From the NCBI GenBank assembly GCA_963836235.1, contig CAWIIP010000004.1, positions 256,001-320,000 of the forward strand: DNA of 64,000 bases, given 5' to 3'. The translations under genes and the position numbers were made by a program. The notes under the pieces are model-generated. The model was not told where the DNA came from, searched no databases, and worked only from the letters and a program-made list of their open reading frames with translations. Below, one piece after another: positions 40,351-49,945 of the stretch. The stretch comes from an uncultured Pseudomonadota bacterium (GTDB lineage Bacteria; Oederibacteriota; Muellerivitia; Muellerivitales; Muellerivitaceae). Every line of letters starts with the position of its first letter. Positions within the stretch are counted from its first letter, which is position 1.

Positions 40351-41412
40351 TTATTTATTGGAAGAAGGTGTTGGCCGGGAGGTGGTAGCTTCTTTCCACA
40401 ATTGGAACAGGGTGCTCACCAAGCTTTTTCGAACCGCCAGGGGGTAGGGATTGCCAGGTGGCAATTGGCGCATCAGCCTGCGATGGGCCGCGCCGAGATG
40501 GTGGTAGGGCATGCCGGGAAAGAGGTGGTGGGTGGCGTGGAAGCGAAGGCCTACCGGGGCCCAAAGAGGCGTGGTGAGGCGGTTGCCAGGGATGTCGATG
40601 GAATCGAGGAATTGCTCCGAAAAGCTCATTTCATGGTTGGGCGGATTACGGTAGCAATGGGCCACCAGGGTGCGCAGGCCATTGGTGAAGAGGATGAAGA
40701 CCGCCGCCAGGTACCAAAGCGCCAGAACCTTCCAAGACAGGATTCCCAAGGCCATCAAGGTCATTCCCATGGCGGCATAGGCGAAGGTCATGAATTCCTG
40801 GGCCCACCAAATGTGTTTTTCCCTTTCGTCCGGCAGGGGGCGCTTAAAGCCCACCCCAACCGCCAATGACGAAGCCAGTTCCCAGAGGGGTTTCCTTAAA
40901 GGCTGGATACCGTAGGACAAGGGGGTCGCGACCAGAAACCGGATGAGGAACACCGCCGGGGCCAGAATCATCGTCAGCAAAAAGATCAATATCCGGTAAG
41001 GCTTTTCTAGGGCAAAGTCAAAATACTCGTGGTCGTCCTTGGTACCGTAAAGCCTCTGTTTGTGGTGGTCGATATGGACCCCCATGTAAAGCATGGAGGG
41101 AACCATGAGGGGAAAGCCACAGAGCAGGTTCCAAACCACGTGAAATGTCTGGAATGTTCCTTTTTTGAGGTGGGTCAGCTCGTGCACGAAGATGACCGCC
41201 CGGTAGAGGGCGAAACCAGCCACTAAAAAGGCCCCCCGTTGAATCAGAGAAAAATTGACGGACTTTACCGATATGACAAAAGCGGCCCATCCCAAAGCGA
41301 CGCTGAATAAAAAATCCACCCAATAAATCCAGGGGTTGGGGTTGAAAAGATCCTGGGTGATCCGCTTGGCTTCGGCCATAGGAAATTCAATAGAAGAGGT
41401 TTTTAGAACCAT
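40351..41412 (-). CDS. Membrane di-iron fatty-acid desaturase-family protein
   Basis: His boxes HELTH, HIDHH, HATHHLFP. Confidence 0.9.
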   Translation of the reverse strand: MVLKTSSIEFPMAEAKRITQDLFNPNPWIYWVDFLFSVALGWAAFVISVKSVNFSLIQRGAFLVAGFALYRAVIFVHELTHLKKGTFQTFHVVWNLLCGFPLMVPSMLYMGVHIDHHKQRLYGTKDDHEYFDFALEKPYRILIFLLTMILAPAVFLIRFLVATPLSYGIQPLRKPLWELASSLAVGVGFKRPLPDEREKHIWWAQEFMTFAYAAMGMTLMALGILSWKVLALWYLAAVFILFTNGLRTLVAHCYRNPPNHEMSFSEQFLDSIDIPGNRLTTPLWAPVGLRFHATHHLFPGMPYHHLGAAHRRLMRQLPPGNPYPLAVRKSLVSTLFQLWKEATTSRPTPSSNK

Positions 41413-41461
41413 GAGCCCTCCTAGGAGGGCTCACTCTAAAAGAAGGGTTCTCCTTCCCACT

Positions 41462-41530
41462 ATGATTCGGCTCACAAAACCCGCTATTTCCAGGCTTTCT
41501 TTGTCGTGAGCCTTCTATGAGCTGGATCAT
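41462..41530. promoter_or_regulatory. Two Crp/Fnr-type boxes for divergent promoters
   Basis: ATGATTCGGCTCAC (41462-41475) and ATGAGCTGGATCAT (41517-41530; -10 TATACT at 41553-41558). Confidence 0.8.
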
Positions 41531-41590
41531 ATTGGGCCCGAGAGGCTCTTTTTATACTAATCAAACTTCCCGTCCTATTAAGGAGATTTT

Positions 41591-41890
41591 ATGGAATCGA
41601 AATCAACACCGATCAATCACGGCACGATTTTTTCATTGCTGGTGATATTTGTATTTTCTTCGGTAGGTTTGAGCCTTCTCCACCTTTCACCACTTTTGAA
41701 TAATCTGGGCATATTTGGAATCGCTACGATCATGGCCGGATTGGTGGTGTTTCAATATATGGGGTTGAGCTTAGAGGGGCCGCTCGTGGTGTGGCTTGTC
41801 ATCATTCCCTCGGTCCTCTTCGTCATTTTGGTATTTCTCCTGATGCCCGATATTGCCCATGTGCGGGTGGATTTCATCCGGAAGATTTGA
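41591..41890 (+). CDS. Cytochrome oxidase subunit IV-like 3-TM protein
   Basis: IA...A.LVV..YM.L..E, IP..LF..L...L.PD. Confidence 0.6.
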   Translation: MESKSTPINHGTIFSLLVIFVFSSVGLSLLHLSPLLNNLGIFGIATIMAGLVVFQYMGLSLEGPLVVWLVIIPSVLFVILVFLLMPDIAHVRVDFIRKI

Positions 41891-41891
41891 G

Positions 41892-42059
41892 ATGAAGCCG
41901 GGGTGGGTTGGCCTTCTTGCCATACTTTCAGCAATTATCTTTCCCTTCACCACGGAGTTTCCGAGGCCAGCCTTTCTCCTTTCCCTTTTCGTTCTTTTTG
42001 CGCTCTTGGGTCTAAGGTGGCTGGGCCGTCTAATGAAACCTGTTTTCCCGCCCCTCTAA
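41892..42059 (+). CDS. Small 2-TM hypothetical protein
   Basis: ATG right after the upstream stop; hydrophobic 55 aa. Confidence 0.35.
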   Translation: MKPGWVGLLAILSAIIFPFTTEFPRPAFLLSLFVLFALLGLRWLGRLMKPVFPPL

Positions 42060-42091
42060 GCGGGCTTTTCAAAAAAATAAAAGGAGACGGA

Positions 42092-42913
42092 ATGCCGACC
42101 ATCGAGAAAAACAAGAATTATGAAATCACGGATAAATCCGAAGGGTTGGACAAGCCCAGCGCCAAAACCTGGGACGGACTTTCGCGGATGGCTTTCGCCG
42201 CCAATTGGGACCCTGAAACGGCCGTCAATTGGAACCTGCCCATCGAGTTGGGAAACGTTAGGGAAGGCTGGATCAATATTCTCCATTACTTTTACGAGGG
42301 AGAATGGCAGGGGCTGGAAATCATCCAGCGGCTCATGAACAAGGCGGCGCATTTGTTTAATAAACCTGAAATGGTGACTTATTATTCAACCCAATGCGCT
42401 GATGAGGCGAAACACTTGCTGGTATTCCGGAAATATCTCCACAAATTGAACTCGCCGCCCGCCAAGCAAAAGGTTTTCGACATACTGGTTTGGCTGGCCA
42501 CCAGCGGACCTATGCCGGTGGAACGATGGATATTGGGAACCTATTTCACCGAGACCATGGCAGGGGCTATTTTCCAGAAGACCCTCGAACTTCCCGCCAT
42601 TGACCCCACAGGCAAAGAGATGATCCGGCTCCAGCTCAAGGACGAATCCCGGCATATCGCGGGCACCAAGCTGGGAGTCCAGACCCTGATGGACCATTGT
42701 GGACCTTTCAAGACCTGGATTTTAAAGGTCTGGTGGAAATTATTCGTGAAATTGGCGGTTAAGGAAATCCGCGCCCTGAAACCCTATGGGGATCAGGTAG
42801 GAATGGACCCGGAATATATCCTCCACAAATGCTTTTCCAAAATGGCCGAAATGAAGGAATTTGACCAAAAGTTCCTTTGCTTTTCCCAGGCTCAATCATT
42901 TTTGAGGAATTAA
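42092..42913 (+). CDS. Ferritin-like di-iron enzyme
   Basis: E.GE, Q..DEAKH, TE, DESRH carboxylate/His pattern; AGGAGA RBS. Confidence 0.8.
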   Translation: MPTIEKNKNYEITDKSEGLDKPSAKTWDGLSRMAFAANWDPETAVNWNLPIELGNVREGWINILHYFYEGEWQGLEIIQRLMNKAAHLFNKPEMVTYYSTQCADEAKHLLVFRKYLHKLNSPPAKQKVFDILVWLATSGPMPVERWILGTYFTETMAGAIFQKTLELPAIDPTGKEMIRLQLKDESRHIAGTKLGVQTLMDHCGPFKTWILKVWWKLFVKLAVKEIRALKPYGDQVGMDPEYILHKCFSKMAEMKEFDQKFLCFSQAQSFLRN

Positions 42914-42917
42914 TTCC

Positions 42918-44270
42918 TTGGAGGCTGGTTCCTTGACAGAAGCTTTTTTCAAATTGACCAGCCAGATTACTCGTTGGTTTCCACGGAAGGGGGCAAAGGC
43001 TCTTGACCAAGTCCTTTTTCCTATTTTGGGAAACCAATGGCTGGTGGATTCTTTCCACAAGGCCAACCAAAGAAAATTGAAAAAGCTTTCCTCCTTCCAG
43101 CGCCTTCTCGTGATTTCGGATATCCATATTGGCGACTCGGTTTTGATCCAAACGGCGGTTTCGGCCCTGCGGGATTTTTTCCCAAATGCCCAAATCGACT
43201 ACATGGTCAAGAAGTCCGCGGCGTGCCTCCTGGAAGGGCACCCGGATGTCTCAGAACTGTGGCCTGTTTTCACGGGAGACAGGTTGCCCAATGAATCGGA
43301 TATTCGAAATATCCAAGAGCTGTCGGTGGAATATGACGCGGTTTTCAACTTTTGTCCCTTTATCAAGCCGGAATCCTTCTCTGAGAGATGGAAGACCTTT
43401 CATTTCATGACTTACGTGGCGGATTTTGCCCGAAACGAATGGAAAGGAACGGGGATAAACCATATTTCCTATCAATCCCATAAGTTTATTTACGATTTGT
43501 TTCATCCTCTTTTTTCGATTCAAAGGGCCAGGCCTTTTGAGGGGCCGGGATTATTTCTTTCCCCGGAAGCCATCCATGAAGCCCATGGCTTCATCGAAGG
43601 TACAATGGGGGAAGAAAAGGAAAAAATTGTTTTCCTGAATCCTGAAACGGCGTCCGCCTTTACCCAAATTCCCTTTGCCACCCAATCGGAGCTTCTGAAT
43701 GGCTTGGTGGAGATGCCCTGCCGGATTCTCGTTGGCGAGGGGAGGGTGGATAAGGAATTGGCCGAACGATTGCGGTTGACCGTCCCGATTTGGAAAAGGG
43801 ACCGGATAACCCTAGCCCCCGCCAGCATGTCCTTGGACACTTATGCGGCCCTTATTGATTGGAGCGATATTTTTGTTTCAGGGGACACGGGCCCCTTGCA
43901 TATGGCGGCGGCTTGGAAAAGGGACCGAAGTGCGCGTCATTCTTTTCGAAACGTGACCTCGGTCCTTAGCGTTTTTGGGGCGACCCCACCCCGTCTGTCC
44001 GGCTACGATTCTTTCCGATGGGACTTCCTGGAAGCGGAACAAAAATCCTGGTCCCACGCCTATCAATTTGAAAGTTCCTGCCGAAACATCACTTGTATGC
44101 ACAAAATGGCGAAAGTTTGTGACGCCAAAGGGTGTTTTCAATCACTGAAGATGGATAAAATCCTTTTCGACATCAAAGATATCCTTCGGGGACCCACTCT
44201 TACGTCCCCGGGAATTGAAAGGGATTCTCCTTGCTTCCCAAAGAACATGGCGCCTGGAATGCGCTTTTAG
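42918..44270 (+). CDS. Glycosyltransferase family 9 (heptosyltransferase-like)
   Basis: HIGDSV....ALR..FPNA.ID, FVSGDTGPLHMAAA, .SVFGAT. Confidence 0.85.
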   Translation: MEAGSLTEAFFKLTSQITRWFPRKGAKALDQVLFPILGNQWLVDSFHKANQRKLKKLSSFQRLLVISDIHIGDSVLIQTAVSALRDFFPNAQIDYMVKKSAACLLEGHPDVSELWPVFTGDRLPNESDIRNIQELSVEYDAVFNFCPFIKPESFSERWKTFHFMTYVADFARNEWKGTGINHISYQSHKFIYDLFHPLFSIQRARPFEGPGLFLSPEAIHEAHGFIEGTMGEEKEKIVFLNPETASAFTQIPFATQSELLNGLVEMPCRILVGEGRVDKELAERLRLTVPIWKRDRITLAPASMSLDTYAALIDWSDIFVSGDTGPLHMAAAWKRDRSARHSFRNVTSVLSVFGATPPRLSGYDSFRWDFLEAEQKSWSHAYQFESSCRNITCMHKMAKVCDAKGCFQSLKMDKILFDIKDILRGPTLTSPGIERDSPCFPKNMAPGMRF

Positions 44271-45019
44271 TTTCTCTCTTCGCGGGTTGGATAATCCTTG
44301 GAGAATGGAACATTGCCGCCCTGGCCGCCAGTTTTTTTTGGATTTCGGGATTCATCCTGAGGGGACCTTTTTCCACTTATTGCCAGTATAAGAAAGCCGA
44401 TCCCTTGAAGTCCCGGCTGGCTTTAGGATTCGCTGTTTTTCTGGTGGCTACCCTGGTTTTATCCGGCCTTGTTTTTTACCAAACGGCTCCGGTGGCGGAC
44501 ATTCGGTTGGTTGAATCGTTGGCCATTCCGTTAGGAGCGGTAATTTTTGTCCTGACAGTCTTTCATAGGTCTTTGCGATTTCTCGCGGCAGAAATTTTTG
44601 GTTTTGCCGGCATTTGCTTATTGGTGCCAACCTTGTTTCTCACAATCCCCAAGGCTGACCCAACGAAGGCCCTGTGGCTTTACGCCTTTTTTGCGGGATA
44701 CTTCATCCTTTCCCTTTTTTACGTCAAAACGCGGCAGGGATGGCTGGCACAATCGAGGAAGGGTGTGAATTTGAATTGGGCACAAAGGCTTTCAAAAGGC
44801 TGGATAATGGTTCTGATCCATTTCCTGCTTGTTCTCATAATCGTTTGGTTGGCACCATCCCGGCTATGGTTTCTTGGCCCCCTTTACGCCGGATTTAGGG
44901 TTTTGACGGGAGTTTTATGGGGAAAGATGGGATTGCCTATAATGAAACTTGGTGTCCGGGAGATGATCCATTCCCTTGTCTTTACGGTCATTGTTCTCGT
45001 CACCTGGAAGGTTTTTTAA
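44231..45019 (+). CDS. YwiC-like membrane protein
   Basis: LPKEHGAW, FYVK, KLGV.E. Confidence 0.8.
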   Translation: MLPKEHGAWNALLVSLFAGWIILGEWNIAALAASFFWISGFILRGPFSTYCQYKKADPLKSRLALGFAVFLVATLVLSGLVFYQTAPVADIRLVESLAIPLGAVIFVLTVFHRSLRFLAAEIFGFAGICLLVPTLFLTIPKADPTKALWLYAFFAGYFILSLFYVKTRQGWLAQSRKGVNLNWAQRLSKGWIMVLIHFLLVLIIVWLAPSRLWFLGPLYAGFRVLTGVLWGKMGLPIMKLGVREMIHSLVFTVIVLVTWKVF

Positions 45020-45773
45020 CGGGAGCAAGGGTTGTTTGGACCACTTGGTTTCGCCCTCTTTGCTTGGCTGCATAAAGGTTCTTGTCGGCCTCGTCGATCA
45101 TGAGGTGGTAATTGGATTCTAAGGGATCGTAAACGGTCGTCACCCCGACGCTTACCGTCACACTCACGTCGTGGGGTTCGGCACGGAATTTTTCCTTTTC
45201 CATTTCCTTGCGGATACGTTCCGCGACCATCAGGGCGTTGGCTTCGTCGCAATTGGGGAGAATGCAAAGAAATTCCTCCCCGCCATATCGCGTCGCAATA
45301 TCACCTTGCCGAACGGAATCCTCAATGATTTGGGCGAAAATTTTCAAGACCATATCTCCGAAAGGATGGCCATGGGCATCGTTAACCCGCTTGAACAGGT
45401 CCAAGTCCATCATGAGGCAGGAAATGGGTTGACGAGTGTCCAGGTGCTTGCGGAACTCGATTTTGAAAACTTCGTGCAGGAAGCGGTGGTTACCCAGACC
45501 CGTGAGGGGATCGGTTTGAGTCAATTTCTCCAATCTGATATTTTTGTTAATGATGGCATCGGATTTACGCCCCAAGAGATGGCCGAAAAGGCCGAAGGCC
45601 GAGCAGGTTCCAAGGGTCATGTAAGTATAGAAAAAAGAATAAAGATTCCATTCATCCCGGGAGGAAAAATCCAGGGAAAGGTTGGATGAGAAGGTGTGAA
45701 TCAGCAAGGCACCCAATGGGGCGCCCAAGCCGAGTAAAACGCCGATCAAAAGATAGGAAATGGATTTTTTCAT
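45000..45773 (-). CDS. Membrane-anchored diguanylate cyclase
   Basis: TDPLTGL.N, DLDLFKRVNDAHGH, RYGGEEF. Confidence 0.93.
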   Translation of the reverse strand: MKKSISYLLIGVLLGLGAPLGALLIHTFSSNLSLDFSSRDEWNLYSFFYTYMTLGTCSAFGLFGHLLGRKSDAIINKNIRLEKLTQTDPLTGLGNHRFLHEVFKIEFRKHLDTRQPISCLMMDLDLFKRVNDAHGHPFGDMVLKIFAQIIEDSVRQGDIATRYGGEEFLCILPNCDEANALMVAERIRKEMEKEKFRAEPHDVSVTVSVGVTTVYDPLESNYHLMIDEADKNLYAAKQRGRNQVVQTTLAPVKKPSR

Positions 45774-45902
45774 AGCGATCAGCCTTGTCCGGTGGTAAAG
45801 GTTTCTCTACGGACCTACTCATGGCCACTGAATTGATCGGTGGCATTTTCCAATAGGCTCGCGACAAATCCAAAATTGTTCCTTCGCGCCAAGTGCCGAC
45901 CA

Positions 45903-46424
45903 TCATATACCAATTTCTTTTTTGGGTTTGGCGTCCTTTTCGAAAGAATCCATTGAAAAAGAAAGAAGCCGGCATAGGGCGGATTTTTCCTGGTCGCTGA
46001 TCACTCGGTCCAATTCGGGGTATAAAATCCGCTCCTCTCGAAGCGAATGGTGCTCTATGAATTTTTTGTAGTGGGCCTCGTCATCCATAACGGAAATGAT
46101 ATCTTTGGGATCGGGGATAAAGTTCAGGCGGGAAAGCCTCAGCTTGAGCCGACCCAGCCATTCGTTGATTTTTTGGTGCTCTTGAGTGAAAGTTTCCGGG
46201 TCGCCTCCTCTGATGGGGGTGGCCCTCTCGCGGTAGAGTGGCAAAAGGATCTCCTCCTCTTCCTTTAGATGGCTTCGAAGGCCCTCCGCGTAGGTTTGAA
46301 GCGAGGCCCGGGCTTCCCGGCCATCCGCTTTCAGGACGGCCACTTGATGACGGAAGAACAAGTCATCCAGTTCTTTGTGGATGTTGTTCAAGTCCGATAG
46401 GTTTTTCGGTGGGGAAGTCGTCAT
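45903..46424 (-). CDS. Hemerythrin/HHE-domain protein
   Basis: H..LD..F..H, HLKEEE..LLP, EH, HH...EE..LYP. Confidence 0.85.
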   Translation of the reverse strand: MTTSPPKNLSDLNNIHKELDDLFFRHQVAVLKADGREARASLQTYAEGLRSHLKEEEEILLPLYRERATPIRGGDPETFTQEHQKINEWLGRLKLRLSRLNFIPDPKDIISVMDDEAHYKKFIEHHSLREERILYPELDRVISDQEKSALCRLLSFSMDSFEKDAKPKKEIGI

Positions 46425-46485
46425 GATTTTTCCTTATTTTATTTATTCAGCAGTTTAATGATAATTTCGTCCTTCTTTGGCTGGT

Positions 46486-46499
46486 ATGACCGCCCTCAT
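46486..46499 (-). promoter_or_regulatory. Crp/Fnr-type box (hemerythrin-GGDEF promoter)
   Basis: ATGACCGCCCTCAT; -10 TATCAT at 46463-46458. Confidence 0.8.
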
Positions 46500-46648
46500 A
46501 AAAAGGTTTTTGGATTGTTTAAAAATCTAAACATGTCGAGCCGGAAAATTGGATAAAAGAATCATTGTTTTGAGGGGGAAATAAACGATTTGTCTAACCC
46601 AATACCAAAGATAGAGAAACTTAGGACGGGTTGTTTTTAAGAGGGAGG

Positions 46649-47756
46649 CTAATTCAGTGTCTGCCGGAACCGCCGGGAGCTGACCCAAACCATAAAAACC
46701 GCCATGACGAATAGGATTCCCGTATAGGTAGCCCACTAGGGTGGGGTCTCCTCCTTTGAGCATTATGTTTCTCAAGAGCGCCACGAAATACATTACCGGG
46801 TCCACATAAGCGAAGGGCTTGAGGATCCAGGGCATGTTCTCGATCGGGTAGATGAGGCCTGAAAGCTGGATGGCGGGGAAAATGAAAAGAAACCCGAACA
46901 TGGCCGATTGCTGCATGTTTTGGACGAAACTGGAAAGAAGCACCCCCAGGCTCACTGTGTTGATCACGAAGGCCAGGGCCGCCAGCAACAGCATCCAAAG
47001 CGGCCCCCGCATGGGAACTTGGAATCCAAAAACGGCAACCGCCAAAACCAGGCACATATCCACCATTCCAAAGATCACATAAGGAACCGTTTTGCCCAAG
47101 AGGATTTCATAAGGCTTAGCCGGGGAAGCGATGAGGGTTTCGAAGGTTCCTAGTTCTTTCTCCCTGGCGATGGAAGAACTGGTCAGGACTACCGTGATGA
47201 TGACCAACACCATGCAAAGCACGCCCGGTACCATGAAAACGGACGTTACCAATTCGGGGTTGTAAAGGTAACGGACGGAGAACTGCACTGGCGGTGGCCG
47301 GGGCGACCGGTTGGTTTGTTCCTGTACCGCTTCCCCCAGCACCGCCTGCACATAGCCTTCGATGCTTTGGGCCTTCACGATATTCTCCGCGTCCACCAAA
47401 AGCTGGACCCGGCCCTTACCATCTTCCAGGGCCCGAGTCAGGCCGCCTTCCGGAGCGATCAAGACCGCGTCGGCCCGGCCGGATTGGATCAGATGGAAAG
47501 GATTGTCGTCCTCGCGGGGAGCGGGGATAAACCAGCCCGACCCCTTGCACCGGTCCTCGATCTTTCGCATCAGAACGTCGTTGGGCTTGTAGACGAAAGA
47601 CAGCTTGATGTTGTTCACGTCGGTATTGATGGCCAGGCCAAAAAGGGTCAGTTGGATGATAGGAGCCACGAACAACAGGATGCGCATGCGGGGGTCCCGC
47701 AGGGTCTGGGCCGTTTCTTTTTTGATGAATCCGATGAGGATGGGGTTGATTTTCAT
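46649..47756 (-). CDS. ABC-2 permease (YbhR-like); frameshift near 46733
   Basis: AREKELGTFETL..SP; removing one base gives the normal last TM (VATYTGILFVMAVFMVW...RFRQTLN*). Confidence 0.85.
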
Positions 47757-47775
47757 AGCCGACACCTAAGGCTGT

Positions 47776-47884
47776 TTAACCACGAAGGCACCAAGAACAA
47801 CGAAGAATCAAGACGTTTTAAATATAATGAAAATCCAATCTTTGCTTTGTCTTTCTTGGTGCCCTTGGTGTCTTGGTGGTTCAA
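47776..47884. repeat. REP/MITE-like inverted-repeat element
   Basis: AACCACGAAGGCACCAAGAAC ... TCTTGGTGCCCTTGGTGTCTTGGTGGTT, periodic CACCAAG arms. Confidence 0.65.
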
Positions 47885-47907
47885 ATTATCTTTCTTTTTT
47901 GGTTTTC

Positions 47908-49029
47908 TCATGGTTCCACGTCCTTCTTGAAGAGCCTGGCGGCAAGGGCGATGAAAAAGACGTCCATGGCCAGGAGCACCAAAAGGGGTCCGGCCAGTTC
48001 AGCCCATCCGGCGCCCCTGAGGAAAAGGCCCCGCATGACCACCATGAACCACCGCGCGGGAAAGATCATGGTGAAGTACTGGAAAAAAACCGGCATGCTT
48101 TCGATCGGAAAAATAAAACCGGAAAGCATGAGGGAAGGCAGTTGACCCGCCATTTGGGAAAATTGGATAGCCGCGATCTGGTGCCGGGTGGTGACCGAAA
48201 TGATGAGACCCTGGGCCAGGTTGGCCGACAGGAAAAGAAGGGTCCCCGCGAAAAGCAGCAAGTGGCTGCCCTGAAAGGGTACCCCGAAAAGGAGACGGGC
48301 CGCCAGGTAGATGATGGCCTGGCCGATGAAACCCATGGCCAGGTAGGGCGCCAATTTGCCGGTGATGATTTCCAGGGATGAAACGGGCGTGGAGAGGAGC
48401 ATCTCCATTGAGCCGTTCTCCCATTCCCGGGCCACCGTCAGGGCGGTCAGCATGATGCTGATGATCGCCAGCACGACCACCGACAGGCCGGGGACAGTGA
48501 ACCACCGGCTGTTGAGCTCACCGTTGAAAAGGTAGCGGGTAACCAAGCTTACGGGCTGGGCGGCGCTTTGCCCCGTGATCCTTTGGGCAGCCGCCATTTG
48601 GATGCCCGAGAGGTAGCCACCGATGACACCGGCTGTAGAATTGTCCGAACCATCGATCAAAACCTGGGCCGTGGCCGTTCCTTCCCGGTCAATGTCCCGT
48701 GCGAAATGGGGGTCGATAAAAAGGGCCGCCTTGGCCGCTCCGGAATCCAGCGTGGCGGCGGGGTTAAGGTCCAGGCTCCGGTAATGAAGGTTGAAATAGC
48801 CGGAGGATTGGAAGGCCTCCGCCAATTGGCGGGAGGCGCGGCTATGGTCCTGGTCGTACACCGTCAGGTCGATATCGTGCACGTTGAAGTCGATGGCATA
48901 GCCGAAGAAAAGCACCATGAGCAGGGGAAGTCCTATGGCCAACCCCAGGGTGAAGGGGTCCCGCACAATATGGCGGACTTCCTTACGGGCGATGGAAAAA
49001 GCCCTTCTGATATTGAAAAAGCCGTTCAT
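47908..49029 (-). CDS. ABC-2 permease (YbhS-like)
   Basis: AREWENGSMEMLLSTP, LSGFIFPIESMP. Confidence 0.9.
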   Translation of the reverse strand: MNGFFNIRRAFSIARKEVRHIVRDPFTLGLAIGLPLLMVLFFGYAIDFNVHDIDLTVYDQDHSRASRQLAEAFQSSGYFNLHYRSLDLNPAATLDSGAAKAALFIDPHFARDIDREGTATAQVLIDGSDNSTAGVIGGYLSGIQMAAAQRITGQSAAQPVSLVTRYLFNGELNSRWFTVPGLSVVVLAIISIMLTALTVAREWENGSMEMLLSTPVSSLEIITGKLAPYLAMGFIGQAIIYLAARLLFGVPFQGSHLLLFAGTLLFLSANLAQGLIISVTTRHQIAAIQFSQMAGQLPSLMLSGFIFPIESMPVFFQYFTMIFPARWFMVVMRGLFLRGAGWAELAGPLLVLLAMDVFFIALAARLFKKDVEP

Positions 49030-49943
49030 TTTTGCGCCCCTTCCACCAGGCGGATGAAGACATCTTCCAGCGAAGGGGCGATAGGCCTATTTTCAAAATC
49101 TTTGGACATGCGGGAAGCCGTACGGCGCCAAGAGGCAGCGGTCTTGACTACCACGTGGTAGCGCATACCATAGGGATTCACTTCCTCCACGGAGCTTTCC
49201 TTCTTCAGTTTCTCCAGCCAATGGCGGGAATGGGTCCGGGGGGTGATTTCGTAAATGGGTTCGGGAAAGGCTTGGCGTTTCAGCTTCGCAGGGCTTCCGA
49301 TAGCGATGATTCGGCCGTCCCGCATGAGGGCGATGCGACCGCATTGCTCCGCCTCATCCATGTAATGGGTGGTCACGAAAACCGTCTTGCCCCTCTTGGA
49401 TAGGCCCTGAATGATCGACCAGAAGCGGCTGCGGGAAACGGGGGAAACCCCAGCGGTAGGCTCGTCCAGAAAGACGATGTCGGGATCATGCAAGAGTGCG
49501 GCGACCAGGGAGACCTCCTGTTTGGTGCCCCCGGAGAGTTCCCGCACCAGCCGGTCCTCCCTTTCCTTGAAGGCGATGAAGCCCAGCCATTCCTTCCGAC
49601 GCTTGAGGTAGAGGTTCTTGGGTATCTTGTGAAGGGCCGCGGTGAAATCCAGGTTTTCATCGACCGTCATGTCCTGGTAAAGCGTGAACTTCTGGGACAT
49701 GTAGCCCACCTTGGCCTTGACGGCCTCCAGTCCCTTTTTGGGGTTCAGCCCCGCCACCGCCACCTCACCCGAAGTGGGGATGAGCAGGCCGCAAAGCACC
49801 CGGATGGTAGTCGTCTTGCCCGCCCCGTTGGCTCCCAGGAAGCCGAAGATCTCGCCCTGGTTGACGGCAAAGGAGATGTTATCCACCGCCGTGAAGGCGC
49901 CGAATTTGACGGTTAGGTTTTTTACTTCCACCGAATAAGCCAT
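49026..49943 (-). CDS. ABC transporter ATP-binding protein
   Basis: GANGAGKT, LSGG, FLDEPTAG. Confidence 0.95.
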   Translation of the reverse strand: MAYSVEVKNLTVKFGAFTAVDNISFAVNQGEIFGFLGANGAGKTTTIRVLCGLLIPTSGEVAVAGLNPKKGLEAVKAKVGYMSQKFTLYQDMTVDENLDFTAALHKIPKNLYLKRRKEWLGFIAFKEREDRLVRELSGGTKQEVSLVAALLHDPDIVFLDEPTAGVSPVSRSRFWSIIQGLSKRGKTVFVTTHYMDEAEQCGRIALMRDGRIIAIGSPAKLKRQAFPEPIYEITPRTHSRHWLEKLKKESSVEEVNPYGMRYHVVVKTAASWRRTASRMSKDFENRPIAPSLEDVFIRLVEGAQK

Positions 49944-49945
49944 TC

